A stretch of 64,000 bases of DNA from assembly GCA_010356995.1 (NCBI GenBank), contig ML996707.1:1-64000 (forward strand), in the 5' to 3' direction. The notes beneath the pieces were generated by a model. It worked only from the letters and a program-made list of their open reading frames with translations, did not search any database and was not told the origin of the DNA. Made by a program: the position numbers and the translations under genes. How positions within the stretch are numbered: the stretch's first letter is position 1; each line of letters begins with the position of its first letter. Positions 9,906-22,436 of the stretch are shown here, piece by piece. The DNA comes from Trichodelitschia bisporula (Eukaryota).

Positions 9906-12900
9906 ATGGACGACCTCTCGCCCTCCGAGTTCGTCAAGAAGATCCGTGAGCTCGGCGAGAAGCGTGATGCCGAGGACGCAGCGCGCTTTGCCTCGCTGGA
10001 GCGCGACATTCTGCTCGGCCGGCAGGAGCGCATGGCCCGAAGAGCTGGTACGTCGTTGCACCGTCGCTGTGTCGTGCTGACGTTGTAGAACGCGCGCGAT
10101 CGCTGTCGCCCGAAAAGAGTGGCCACGTTGAGACGAGCGGAGACGTCGGACGCGAGGAGGGACGCGAGGAGGGACGCGAGCCGACGAGGTACAGCGAACC
10201 GTCCACCGCTTCCACACTCGCTTCAACTCTCCCTCCCACCACATCCACACTCACTCAAACCACCACACCCACACTCGCTCATACTACTACCCCCACACTC
10301 GTTCAATCCGCAACTCTTACACTCGCTCAATCCACTACTCCCACGCTCACTTCCACACTCTCGCCGGCCACTACTCCCACACTCGCTCCCTCCGCCACAC
10401 CCACGTCCATGGACCGCCCCCATTCTGCCGCGTTCCGTCGCGCACGCGACGAAGACGACAAAAATTTGCACCGCAGATCCACCCCTGACTACACGCCTAA
10501 CCGGTCCCCACCCGACACCCGCTCCACATCGCCCTCACGCACGTGGAGTACGCGCTTCAGCAGCACGACAGCCGCCTCGGATCTGGCCTCACTCGCTTCG
10601 CCGCCGCTCCGCACGCCCAAGCTTGACCCGCCACTCGCCGCGCGGCCGCCGTCGCCCACCAAGGGTATGGGCGGGTTCGTCGAGAGCGCGATGCTGAAGC
10701 GCGCGGACAGCGTCAGCAAGCGCTGGAGCCAGCAGCCGAGCCGCACCAACAGCGTCGCCAGCCGCCACGAGTCGGACCGCGAGTCGCATGCGAGCGTAGT
10801 TACCGTGCGCCCCGATTTCGGCCGCTTGCACTCGCGCTCCAAGTCCGTGGCGTCCTTTGTCGACGAGCCCCAATCGCCCGCTAGTCCGAGCAAGCGTTGG
10901 AGCCCGACCAAGTCGTCGTGGCTGGAGTCGGCGCTGAGCAAGACCGAGCGCCCACCGCCACCGACGTGGGGTGCGAGGACGGTCAAGGCGGAGACGGACA
11001 CGAACGGCGACAAGGCGGGCGACAAGACAAACTTAAATGCGGAGACGAGCCGGAAGACGAGGGCGGGGGTCGACAAGATGGATGCGGTCAACAAGACGGA
11101 CGCAATCGACGAGACGGCTGACTCCTTGAAGACAGACTCTACAACCATGTCCACCAAACCCCAGCCAGGGCCCAAGCCACTGGAGAAACCCCTCGACAAA
11201 CCCGCGGCCAAGTTCGAGAAAACCCCGCTCAAACCGACCAGGCCTACCCTCACCTCCAACGCCTCCCCCACCACTGCTACCAACCCCCTCCGCCGCCTCC
11301 ACACGCAGAGCGAATCCAACATAACCAAAGGATCCGCCGAGCCCGAGTTTAAGAACGCACTCACGAAGCTCAAGCGCACGCATACGGAAAAGTACGTCGC
11401 GCCCGACCCGCTCAAAGACAACATCCTGCAGGGCAAGGCCGGGCTCAAGCTGACGGGCGGGCCGGCGCCACGCGCCCGAGTCGACCCGCTCAAGGAGAGC
11501 ATCTTGCGGCAGAAGGAGGAGATGAAGACGCGCGCTGCGCCAAAGCCCAACGATAAACCCGTGCCCAGCACACCTGAGGCGCTTACCAAGCGCCGTGCAA
11601 TGCAGCCGCCTGAGCAGATCGACCCCGCGCCGCCGCGCGTGCAGGCGACGCCAGAAGCACTAACGCGGCAGAAGACGCTACGCGAGACGAAGGAGACGTT
11701 TGGCGGCGTGCTGGATAAGCCGAAGCCGTTCGAGATTCCCGATCCAAAGCCGAAGCCTTCGAAGCCGTTCGAAAAGCCAGAGCTGAAGCCACTCCAGAAG
11801 CCAGAGTCGAAGCTGTTTGAGAAACCAGAGTTGAAGCCGGTTGAGAAGCCGAAGCTTATTGCAGTAGCATTCGAGAAGCCGACGGAAAAGGAGTCAGTAG
11901 CAAAGTCATTCGGACAAGAGAAACCGAAGCCTATGGTGAAGGCTTCTGAACCCGAAAAGCTCGCTTATGCGCCTGCCGACAAGCCAAAGCCGACCGTCCC
12001 GCAGAAGCCGCTCTCGCCACCCGCAAAGCCACGCTTCGACGCCGTGAAGCCCTTCACCACCGAACCTCCTGCTCCCCAGCCGACTCCTGAACCGAAGCCG
12101 ACCGTCGCCCTCAAGCCCGGCGTCTCCGGAAAACTCGCGGACCGTTTTACGCCGTCGCTCGGCGCGCTCGCGGGTGTGCTGGCACGTGGCCCGCCCGGCG
12201 CTCGCCCAGAAGGCAAGTCCGGGCCGTCCGCTCCGTCCGCGTCTACTGTTCCTGAGAGCAAGCCGGCGGAACTCACGCACATGACCAAGGGCCGCGCAAA
12301 GGGCCCGAAACGACGCGCGCCGAAGACGAAAGAGCCAACCACGCAGACGCAGCCGCTCGACGCAGCCACGAAGCCGAGCGAGCCGACCCCTGATGCCTCT
12401 GACTCAGCCTCTGAGATACCGGCAAAGTCCCCACCGAAGCCGGCGCTCAAGTTTGGCTCTCCGTCGAAGGCGTCGTTTGGCCCTCCTAAGGCATCACCAT
12501 TCGGTCGCAAGCTGCCGGAGCTTCCCAAGCCAGCCGAGCCCACTCCCGTCGAGTTGTCCAAGCCCGAGCTCCCCAAGCCGGCGTCGCCATCGCTTGGCCG
12601 TAAGCTCCCGGAGCTCCCCAAACCCACCGATGCGAAACCGCAGCCCCCACCCCCGCTCGACCGCAAACTGCCGGAACCTCCTAAACCGGAGTCGTCGAAG
12701 CCTTCGCTTCCGTTTGCCCGCAAGCTCCCTGAAATCCTTAGACCTGAATCGAAGCCCGCCGAGGCGGCAGACCCGGCCGAGTCGCTGCCCAAACCGACCA
12801 GCCCACCTGTTCGCGCCAAATCCCCGCTCGTGCTGGCCAAGGTGGCTTCGCCAGGCAGGGTCGACAGCGCCCAGACTGACAGTATCAAGACCGATGACAA

Positions 12901-14665
12901 GGCGGAGAGCGTCAAGAGGGACAGCGTCAAGGCTGCTGCTGCGTTGTGGGGCAGGTCACCTTCCCCCCCCGCCCGCACTAAGTCGCCGGTCAAGCTTCCA
13001 ACGCGCGAAGACGAGCGCCGCGCTGCCGTGGAAGCGGGTCTCGTTACAGACTCAGAGACCCCCACAAAGTCGCCCCCGCTGCCCCCAAAACCCATCGGCC
13101 TCGGCCTCGGCAGGTCCGCTGACCCCCCCCCTTCGATCGCTGGCTTACCCCGCCCAGACAGTGACCTGCTGCCGACGACGCCGACGACGCCCACCCCCAA
13201 CCCCCTGCAGTCGTTTGACTTCGGCCTCGAGACGCCGCCGACTCCCCGCCCTCCCGAAAGTCCTATCCCGCACACCAGCGAGGCCGCACACCTTTTCGGC
13301 GGCTTCTTCGGTGCCCGCCCAGCACTCGCACCTGCCGACGCCGTCGACACGCTCTCCATCATTCAGGCCGATCCCCTTGGCCTCGCCCAACCAAAGTCAC
13401 CGACTGTCCGGGCATCTGTCTATGAGGTCGGTCTTGGCGGTGAGGTCGTCCCTGTCCCGCAGGGACGCCAGCATGTGCTCTTTGACGCGGGTCTGTATGT
13501 TATCGTGCATACCACGGCCGCCGATACGGAGGTCTTCCTCTGGGCCGGCGCGGCCGTTCCAGGCGGCGCACTCATGAACGCCCAGGTTGCGGGTCGACGC
13601 GTCGCGCGTGACAACGGCTGCGGCCTTACCACCGTACACGCTGGCAAAGAACACCCTCGCCTGCTGCAGGCTCTGGGTGGCATCCTAATCACGTTCCGCG
13701 GCGCGCGGCCCGCGTGGGCGTCTGGTCTACCTGAGCGCTTCATCCTCTGCGCGCGCCGGCACCTCGGCCACGTGGTCTTCGACGAAGTTTCGTTCACGGC
13801 GGACTCCTTTTGCGCCGGCTTCGCGTACCTTGTGCGCACACCCGACGCCATCTGGCTGTGGAAGGGCATTGGCTGCTCGGCCGACGAGCTCGGGTGCGCG
13901 CGACTCATGGCTGTTGATCTCGGGCCCGTGGACGCAGTCGAGATCACCGATGGCGCCGAGCCTGCTGAGTTTTTGGCGCTCTTTGGTGGCCAAGGGATCC
14001 CACGGTCTGCTGCCCACTGGCGCCGCAAGGGAGCCTGCGACCGTTATCGCACGCGGCTTTTCCGCGTCGCTGTTGAGGCGCTCGAGCCGGTCGAGACGGA
14101 AACGCCCCTCGCCAGCCCGCGCCGCTTGCAGGTTTCGTCGCTCTTCGGCGGCCTCGTCCGTCGCCCGAGCTGGGGCAGTCTCCGCGCTCAGAGCCCCGCA
14201 CCGAGCGATGGTGCCCGTACGCCGCGCACGCCGCTAAGCCCCGTAACCACTGGCGATAAGGAGACGGATGCGGGCAAGGTTGTCGTCAGCGAAGTGGCGC
14301 CGTTCGTGCGGTCTGACCTCGACGAGGCAGGTGTGTGCGTGCTGGACGCCTGGTTCGAGGTCTATGTGTACGTCCCCTTCCACTTTCATTACATGTCGGA
14401 GACTGACCCACGCAGCATCATCGGCACAGAGGCGCAGACACAGCGCCGGGCGTTCGCAGCGGCACTGCTGTTCGCGCAGGATTATGGCATCCTCGCGGCC
14501 GGTGTGGAGGATAGGCCATTCGTACCGGTGTCGACGGTCGTGGTGCAGGGTGCGCCGCGGGACATGCGCGCCTGCTTTCGGTGCTGGGATGAGGAGGCGG
14601 GCTTGAAGCGGGGGAAGAGCCTGCGGTGCGTCGGACTCGATGCGGCGCTTGCGGCGGCGCGGTAG
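9906..14665 (+). CDS. DUF4045-domain, Pro/Lys-rich protein with C-terminal gelsolin/villin-like repeats
   Basis: Exon 1 MDDLSPSEFVKKIRELGEKRDAED; intron 10048-10088; PPSPTKGMGGFVESAMLKRADSVSKRWS (DUF4045-type); C-terminal VFLWAG / IWLWKGIGC / VLDAWFEVY gelsolin-like segments. Probable in-frame 48-nt intron 14368-14415. Confidence 0.85.
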
Positions 14666-15043
14666 GCTGGTCATCGAATGCATGGCGGTGTTTGGCGTAC
14701 TTGTTATTTCGTTGCATGTAATGGGATAGAGTTGCGTACATAGAGCCGAGGAGCAATTCTCGAGACTGAGATGTCACTCGCAATAATCACTCTGTATGAG
14801 ACTTGGATGCGTTACTTGCGGATGGCACTTTTGCTGTTCGTGACGTCCGTTACATTTTCCCGTTTGCTACTTCTTCCTGCATCCCTTTCCCCATTCATCG
14901 TTGCCGTGCCTGCACGACGAGTGTGGTATAATGAGCGACTGGTATCCAACGCCAAAGCACAAGAACGCCCCTACTTTTCGCCTTTCGCCCACCGCCGCTC
15001 GCCTCGAACACCAACTCAAGCAATCATGCACCATCCCCGAAGC

Positions 15044-17589
15044 TCACATGCCACCACCACCAACACCGCCCCCATAGCCGCCCCATCCCCCGGCGCCCCA
15101 CTGCTCTACTGCTCCCCCGGTGAAGCCCCCGAAACCACCCTCCGGCGCCATGTCAAAGGTCTCCCACATCATGTCGTCCCAAAACGCCCGTCCGGACGGC
15201 ATACCAACCGGCGTCGTGCTGCCCACCCCGCTGCCGACCGAGTGCGCATCCCATGCCGGCTGCACACTCGACAGGGGCATACTTCCGAGCGGTAGACCCA
15301 TGGCCGGATGCGGCATGCCGCCAACGTCGAGCGGCTGGTCCATGGGCGGGGTGCCGAAGCGCTGCGCGTGGTGCACGGCCTGCACGCGGAGCTGGTAGCT
15401 GCGGCCTCGCTCGCGCTCGCGTTCACGCTCACGTTCACGCTCCTGCGCAGCCACAACGGCATCCAGGGCTTCTTGCTGCCGGCGTTGCGCGTCCGCTGTA
15501 TCGTTGCTCGCTTTTGCCGCCTCAAGGAGGCACGCGAGAACGGCCCGTGACTTGGCGGCTGCGACGGACGAGTGCGTCATACGCGCGAGATACCCCAGCA
15601 CTGTCTGCACCTGCGTACACCAGGCCGCCTCGTCGGGTGTGGTCTGGTCAGTGAAGAGAGACACGAGCGGTATGAATGCGGCCTGATAGGCGAACCACTG
15701 CTGTTGTTAGCAGGAGAGTATCAAAGGTCATGTGCTGGGGGTGACAATATCAGACACGGATGGAATATCATGGAGACAGAGGGCAGCACAACGTGAAAAG
15801 TAACGACCATGAACCAACACAAAGAAGGGTGTCAACGTACCACTCCGTTCCATCCCGAGATAACGTCCTCGCCGCACTCGTTGGCAATGTCCTCAATCGT
15901 CTGCGCCGCAATCGCACGACACTTCCCCACAGCCACGCGCTCCTCTGCGCTCCCGCCAAACGTCTTACGCAGCGCCGCGCTCAGCAAGTATGGCCTGTGC
16001 AGAATAATTCTCAAATTCTGCCACCGCCACTTCATGACGAGCCGCGGCACGCGAAGCACATCACCCGAGGTCAGCACCGGCGGCAGCTCGTCCCACCAGC
16101 GCACCAGGTCCGCGTCCAGTTGAACCAGCTCGTCGAAGGGGATCAATGGCGAGCTGCTCAGTCGGTCCTGGATGCCGGTCGCAATTTTGCAGAACTGCGT
16201 GTTGTGGATCAGTGGTAGCAGCCTAAGTGCGGCCGCCTCGTCCATGCCCTGCTCATCAGCCTCGTCAGCCTCGTCAAATGAAGGGGCGTGTCAACGTACC
16301 GCCACACTTGGCTCCTGCACCGTCACACCAGGTGAGATGCGTCCGAGGGAGGGCCGCCCAGTTGTGGTTGTTGCCCAAGTGTCGAGGCAGAACAGACTCC
16401 ACCACGTGCGCCGCCGCACATCCGCCGACCCACCGTGCTCGCCGCCGTATTCACGATGCACGCCCAGCGCGCACGCTAGCCGGAATGTTGCGCCCATCAG
16501 CGCGTCCGCCTCGTTCGGCCGGTTCAGATAATGCATGTAGTAGCCACCCATCATTGCGAGGGCTTGCAGCAGCTCGACCGTAGGCGCGCCAAACACCTCC
16601 AGCTTCGGCGACAGGTGCTGGCGCGCTGTCTTAAAAAAGGCAAGGTGCCGCTCGTTTTCGCTCGTGCCGCCGGCGACACTACCCAGCGCGAAGACCATAT
16701 TTAGCAAAACCAGCCACGACGGATCCCCCCGGCTGCCAGCCGCGTACGTCGCGCGGAAGGCTTCCTCGTCGACCATCGGCATGAACGGATGCACACTCTC
16801 AAAGAACGAGTCAATCAGCGCGCGCCCTTCGTCCGGCCCCGGCGGTGGTGAGTCCGGCGGTGAGCTCGCGCGGCTCGGCTGCGCGGTGTCGGCCTGCATG
16901 TACGTGCGCGCAATTGGCACCCGCTTGAATATCACCTTCAGCGCCGCGTTCACCGACGACACGCCAACGTACGACGACTGGCGGTCGACACGCATCGACA
17001 GCGCATTAACATCGTCCGAGATGCTCTGCAGGCGCTCCGACGTGTCGTAGTCAAGGTCTTGGCTCGGCGCCTGCTCCAGTGCCTCAAGGCTGTCAGCGCC
17101 CTCGGAGCGTGGTGTGCTCTCGGGTTCTGACGATGCCTGCGGCTTCGACAGCGCCAAGTTCAGCAGCTCCTCGCGCGGCAGCGAGACGAGTGCATTGAGG
17201 TCCTTCGTCCCAAAGAGGCGCTTGATCACCATCTGGTGCTGCTCGATCGATGCCTGCAGCTTCTCGACGAGTCTGGCCGTCAGTGCCGGCAACAACTGAA
17301 AAGAAAAGGGGGAGCCCACTTCCGCGACGGTACTACGCGCTGCGCCGGTTTCGAGTAACTGCACGCCTCCGGATGCTGGTACCACTGGCACTGGCCGCAC
17401 GGCTGCGAGCCATCACAGCGGATCTTGCGACGGCGGCTGTCCGTCAGCATTGCCGATGGAGCGAGGACCGACCCACCACTCTACACACGCATTGCTTGTC
17501 GAGATTCTCCGCCCCGCCGGGCGCTGTGGCTTCTCATCCAGGCCCGGCGAGCGGATGGCCACCGACGTCGTCTGAAAAGTGTGGAACAT
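15044..17589 (-). CDS. clr-2: Zn2Cys6 fungal transcription factor, ClrB/CLR-2/ManR-like cellulase regulator (multi-exon)
   Basis: Starts MFHTF (as recalled for Aspergillus ClrB). After intron 17437-17476 it reads ACVECRRRKIRCDGSQPCGQCQWYQHPEACSY. Fungal_trans domain RRRTWWSLFCLDTWATTTTGRPS and later KWRWQNLRIILHRPYLL. The Zn2Cys6 call is secure; the orthology is from motif recall. Confidence 0.75.
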
Positions 17590-18923
17590 GACGCACCCGA
17601 CGAACTCATGGCTGTCAGGCGGTATTAGAGTCGTGATGAGGCTCCCCAGGTTTTGTGCCCCTGCCGACGAAGGTTTTGGTAGAGTGATGGGTGCATGGGC
17701 GCGGCGCGGTGCACCGTTTGGCGGGGGGTTTAGATTGAGGACGGGCGGGGAAACGAGGCTGGCTTCGAGAAGGTGGTGATATAGGTGGCAGTGGCAGCGA
17801 TTGGTGGTCACAGTTGAGAATAATGGTAGAGCTAAATGGTGGAGCGAAAGTGGTGCAGTAGAGTGAAGTGGTGAAAGTAAAGAAGATTCGTAGTGTTGAG
17901 GTCTGAGACATGATGACGAAACTGTGCTCATGTCATGGAACTACAACACCATTAGAACTAGAGCATCGTGGCCTCAACATCCTCCACCACCACCACCACC
18001 ACCACTGCTCACCTTCACCGGCTTCACCACACCAACGTCATGATCCTCAAATCCGACTCTCCACTCCCTCTCCGTACCAGCATCTTCCACTCATGCGCTC
18101 CTCCGATCTCTATTTCTTCACCCAGTCCCCCATTGGTCCGCAGCTATACAACCACCCCCGCCTCAATTTATGCCCCCAATCAAGACGTCAATTTCCATCT
18201 CTCCCTGACCACCATCCCGCCACTCGCCGATTCTTGCCTCAGACGGCCCGATGGGGGCATGGTTCGCTGTGAGATCAAGCCAGCATCAAGGGCTCTGGCC
18301 GTATCGGGCAGCCGTCGAGATTCTCCATGATTAGATGCATGACGCGGGAGGAATCGCTGGCATGAACGCCTGCATAGCATCTTGTCCCGAAACCTCGTGA
18401 TCTTCATCCACGATCGTTCAAGGTCCCTCCACGATTCCTCCACGATCCACCAGGGACGTCGAGCCCCAGCGTTACATCGCTACGACTCGCTTGAGCATCG
18501 CTTGGCCAGCGTATGGCGCCTGCAGTGTGCATTTATCGTGCCGCTTTGTTTGTACCGCTTTGATCGTGCGTCACGCCGCGATCCCCCGGACAAATTATCG
18601 AAAAGACCAAGACGTAAGGCAGAACGAAGTCGCGAATGCGAACTACTAACGAGTCGCAAGGTTGGCCAACGCCAGATTAGCCAGAGATCATCCCAGATCA
18701 GCACATCCAGGTTAGCACACCAGACCAGCACATCCAGGCCAGTATCCTATCCGCTCACTTCGCCTTCCCGCTCCTCCCATCTCACAACCCTTGCCTATAG
18801 CCGACTTCCTCGGCCCTCGCGAACTCTCCCACCAGCCGCTAGCTTGCAGTTTCCGTCGGCACCGCTCAGCGAGCCCTACGGATAGCGGGGACGGCAATGA
18901 GGACGGGCTGCACTGTCCAGCTG

Positions 18924-18938
18924 CGGACCGGTGGACCG
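18924..18938 (-). promoter_or_regulatory. Exact CLR-1/ClrA-type binding motif CGG-N5-CGG-N-CCG upstream of the clr-2-like gene
   Basis: Minus strand CGG TCCAC CGG T CCG, ~1.34 kb upstream of ATG 17589. Confidence 0.6.
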
Positions 18939-19547
18939 TCGACGGGCCGCCTGCGTGGCTGGGGAGTGCTTGCGGTGGCGAGTGGTGTCGTGAAAAGCTG
19001 ATCACGGCTAGTGACTTGACGACGGTCCAGGCTTGCGCGCGACCCAGGCGGCCGCGACCAGCGATACGAACCGCATGCAATAGCAGCACGGTTATTGCAG
19101 GCCGCCGATCGGCCAAACTCGACACATGGAACACCTTCCAGAAGGTCGCCGTTACTCGGATCTCGGCGATCTCCCGGCTGTGCGATCATCACTGTCGTGG
19201 CTGCGGCCATGACGGCGGCATTCCGCGGGTGTGATAACGGTAACCCAACTGCCGGAGTTCCGTTCTGCTTAGTCCCGCAACCCAGTGGCTTGAACCCTCA
19301 GCCCAGTCCCATTCGACACAAGTGCCAGCCCCAACTGCAGTTTATCAGATTGAGCCCCAGCGTCCCCGCCCATACCCTGCCCTCCTTCCCACCCGGCACC
19401 GTGGATATTACTGCTAGCCGCCATGCTTGCTGTATGCCGCCATGCACTCGAAGCTACGCTCGTTCACGACGCTGCCAGCATCTAGGCGCGCCCCCACGGC
19501 GAGTCAGCGTTTCACCCAAGGTGCCCCCGCACACCGTCGGCGCGACG

Positions 19548-19599
19548 GATACAGTGAGCTGATACAGTGAGCAGATGCAGTGAGCAGATGCAGTGCGCA
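19548..19599. repeat. Four tandem 13-bp units (GATRCAGTGAGCA-like)
   Basis: gatacagtgagct / gatacagtgagca / gatgcagtgagca / gatgcagtgcgca. Confidence 0.85.
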
Positions 19600-19951
19600 G
19601 TGCGCGCCCACAGCAATAAACAGCGCCACAGTATGTCTACGCGCGAGGCTATGCGCGAAAGGACCTCATGGTTCGCTGATCAAAGCAGCAAGAGTATGGA
19701 AGGTATGTGACCGCGGCAAAAGCTTCATACATGCCTACCCCGCAAAACTGTTGCAACCGGGTTCCAGCCCTAATTGCTGCTCGCTCCCGTGCCACACGAA
19801 GGGCTGTGCTGCCGACGAACGCAGGGCTTTAGCGGGCGAGACGCTGTGACTGCGACTGTGAGTCGCGATTGAGCATCACTTGTGTATCGATATCGCGTTC
19901 GCTCTCGATGCCGCTTGTGTGCACCGCATCGACGTCGCTCGTGGGTCATGC

Positions 19952-21583
19952 CTACACCGCCTCCTCACACCGACCTCCCTCTCGAATGATGCGCAGCGCC
20001 GCCTCCCCCTTGGGCGCCGTGGTGATGTTATCGTACCCCGTCGCGGTAATCTAGAGCGTCAGTCTCCGACATGCCTTACACGTATCGCACGTACCACGAT
20101 ATCATCTTCGATGCGCACTCCGCCCACGCCCATGTAACGGCCGAGCACAGAGCCGTCGATATACCGCCCGCGGCCGTCGGCGAATGCAGCGCGCAGCGCG
20201 ACACGTGAGAAGTAGATGCCCGGCTCGACAGTGACCACCATGCCGGCGGCCAGGCGCGTCTTCAGCAGGCTGCTCGCGCGCGGTGGGACGAGCATGCTGC
20301 GCAGGTGGTCGACCAGGTCGGGGTCATCGGCCAAGAATGAGTCGGAAAATACGGACTCGTGTGGGCCCGCGTCTGTCATCGCACTGCTCGTTGTGTCCCT
20401 CACGTCCCCTGTGTCCCTCGCCCTTGCGTGTTCCATGCGTTTTGAATCGCTCGTGGCCCCCATCAGAGGCACTCCCGCAATGACATCGTGCACGTCGAGC
20501 CCAACATGGTGCCCTAACCCGTGCGGAAAGAACACCAGCGACACGCCCGCACGCAACACCGCCGCCCGCTCGCCGCGTAGGATTCCCAGTTTCAGCAGCC
20601 CTTCCACCGCAATGGCGTGCGCCAACACCTGCAGATCTACGAAGGCCCCTCCTGGTCGCAGCCGCGCAATGCACGACTCCTGCATCGCCTGCACCAGCCC
20701 GTAGATCTCGCCCGCCTCCGTCGACAAGTGCCCAGATATCGGAAACGTCCGTGTGACATCGCTCGCGTAGAGTTTGTACTCCGCCCCCGCGTCCAGTAGC
20801 AGCAGCTGCCGTCCCGCCAGCGGCTCGTCGTTGCGCCCGTAGTGCAGTGTGGCAGCGTTCGCGCCGCTCGCGGCGATGACACCGTACGCCTGGTGCTTCG
20901 CGCCGGTAGCGATACATGCAAATAGGAACGCCGCCTCCACCTCCGTCTCGTTCGTAAGTGACGATATCACCCGCAGCACCGCCGTGTGCGCAGCGGCGGA
21001 CACCGCATTGGCCTGCTGCAGCAAGCGAATCTCCTGCGGTGTCTTGATGGCGCGGCAGGCGTCCATGGCAGGTAGCAGTGATGTGCTGTCGACGCGGCAA
21101 GCGAACCGCTCGGCGGTGAACTGCTCGCATGGGTGCACGAAGAGCGTATCGCGCGGGTGCGCATCCATCCACTGAGCCACCACCTCGTCCAGATCCTCCA
21201 TCTCGAGCACATTGTCAATCTCGTATCGCGCGTACGCCTGCTCGGGTGTAATCGTCGGGCCTGACCATATCGCGGCATGGTCGTCGCGCGGCGGGATGAA
21301 CAGTATCACGCGCCGCGACTCGATATCGTACAGCAGAGCGCAGTCCGGTTCGTCGCAGCCAGTAAGGTAGTAAAAGTAACGAGCCTGGCGGAACGGCACG
21401 TACTGGTCGCAGTCGCTCCAGAGCGTGGTGGACGTGCCGCGGAGGACGATGGCGCCGGCGGAGGCACCGAGGGCGGCAGCCACGCGCAGGGAGTGCGATT
21501 TGCCTGACAGTCAGTAAGGGCGGCGGAGAAATGAGGCACATACTATGGTACTTCTCCTGAGCGAGCGTCATATGGGCGGTCAT
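19952..21583 (-). CDS. pepP: Xaa-Pro aminopeptidase/prolidase (M24B), 3 exons
   Basis: PFRQARYFYYLTG, LLLDAGAEYKLYASDVTRTFP, FFPHGLGHHVGLDVHD, VTVEPGIYF, GGVRIEDD. Introns at ~21504-21543 and 20051-20094; the last exon is ITATGYDNITTAPKG...AV*. Confidence 0.92.
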
Positions 21584-22436
21584 GGTCCTTATCGTGGTGT
21601 TGTTGTGGTGTTGGACGTCGTTGATAGTTTCGCAGGGGGTCAGTTGTGGCTGCGGCCGAAGCAGCCACGGTCAGCTGTCACCGTGGGGGACGTGCCACGA
21701 CGTTGCACATCCACGGCATCTTTGCTTTGCTTTATGTTCGTCAATATGATTGTGACGCTTGAATATGATTTGCGGGTCGAAATGAAATCGAGTGAGTTGA
21801 GGTAAATTCAGACGAGGCTGAACTGAAGTGGGAGGCGGGACACCGAGAAGGCTGTCAGTAGTCAGGGTTCATGTGGTGCTTCACGCTGCTTCCAGGAGGA
21901 ACGCATATCATCGAAATGAGGTGAAGATGAGGCCAGTTCAATGAACTGAGCCGAATAAAAGCGAGTATGGCCTAGAAACATGGACAACAAGAAACCCGGA
22001 TGGTGAAGACTGGACAAGAAGAGGCGAGTTTGCCGACATACTGTGCACGGCTACGAGAAAACGTCGTGCGACCACCACACTCATACGCCGTCTCACGCTT
22101 TTTGAACTGGCATTCTTGTGTCTGGAGTGGTTCAGGTCTACCATGCAGTTGAGGTGAAGTTGTGGTGAGGTTGACTTGAAATAAGGTGATGATGAAGCTG
22201 AGGCACTTGGAAAAGAGATATGGGGATCGAGGCCCTGACAGAGGAAAGTCGGCAGTCATGATGGATCTATGATGAACCCGTCGACCAATGCACCTTCCTC
22301 TGTTTCAATCAGATCGGCGGTTGACAAAGACAGTAAAAAGTGTGTCACGATGGCTGCAGCGGCTTCATGGATTGCTTCCTATTGACATCTTTCTAGCCTT
22401 TCCCTTTCCCAAGCATCCTATCAGCAGATCAGTAAT

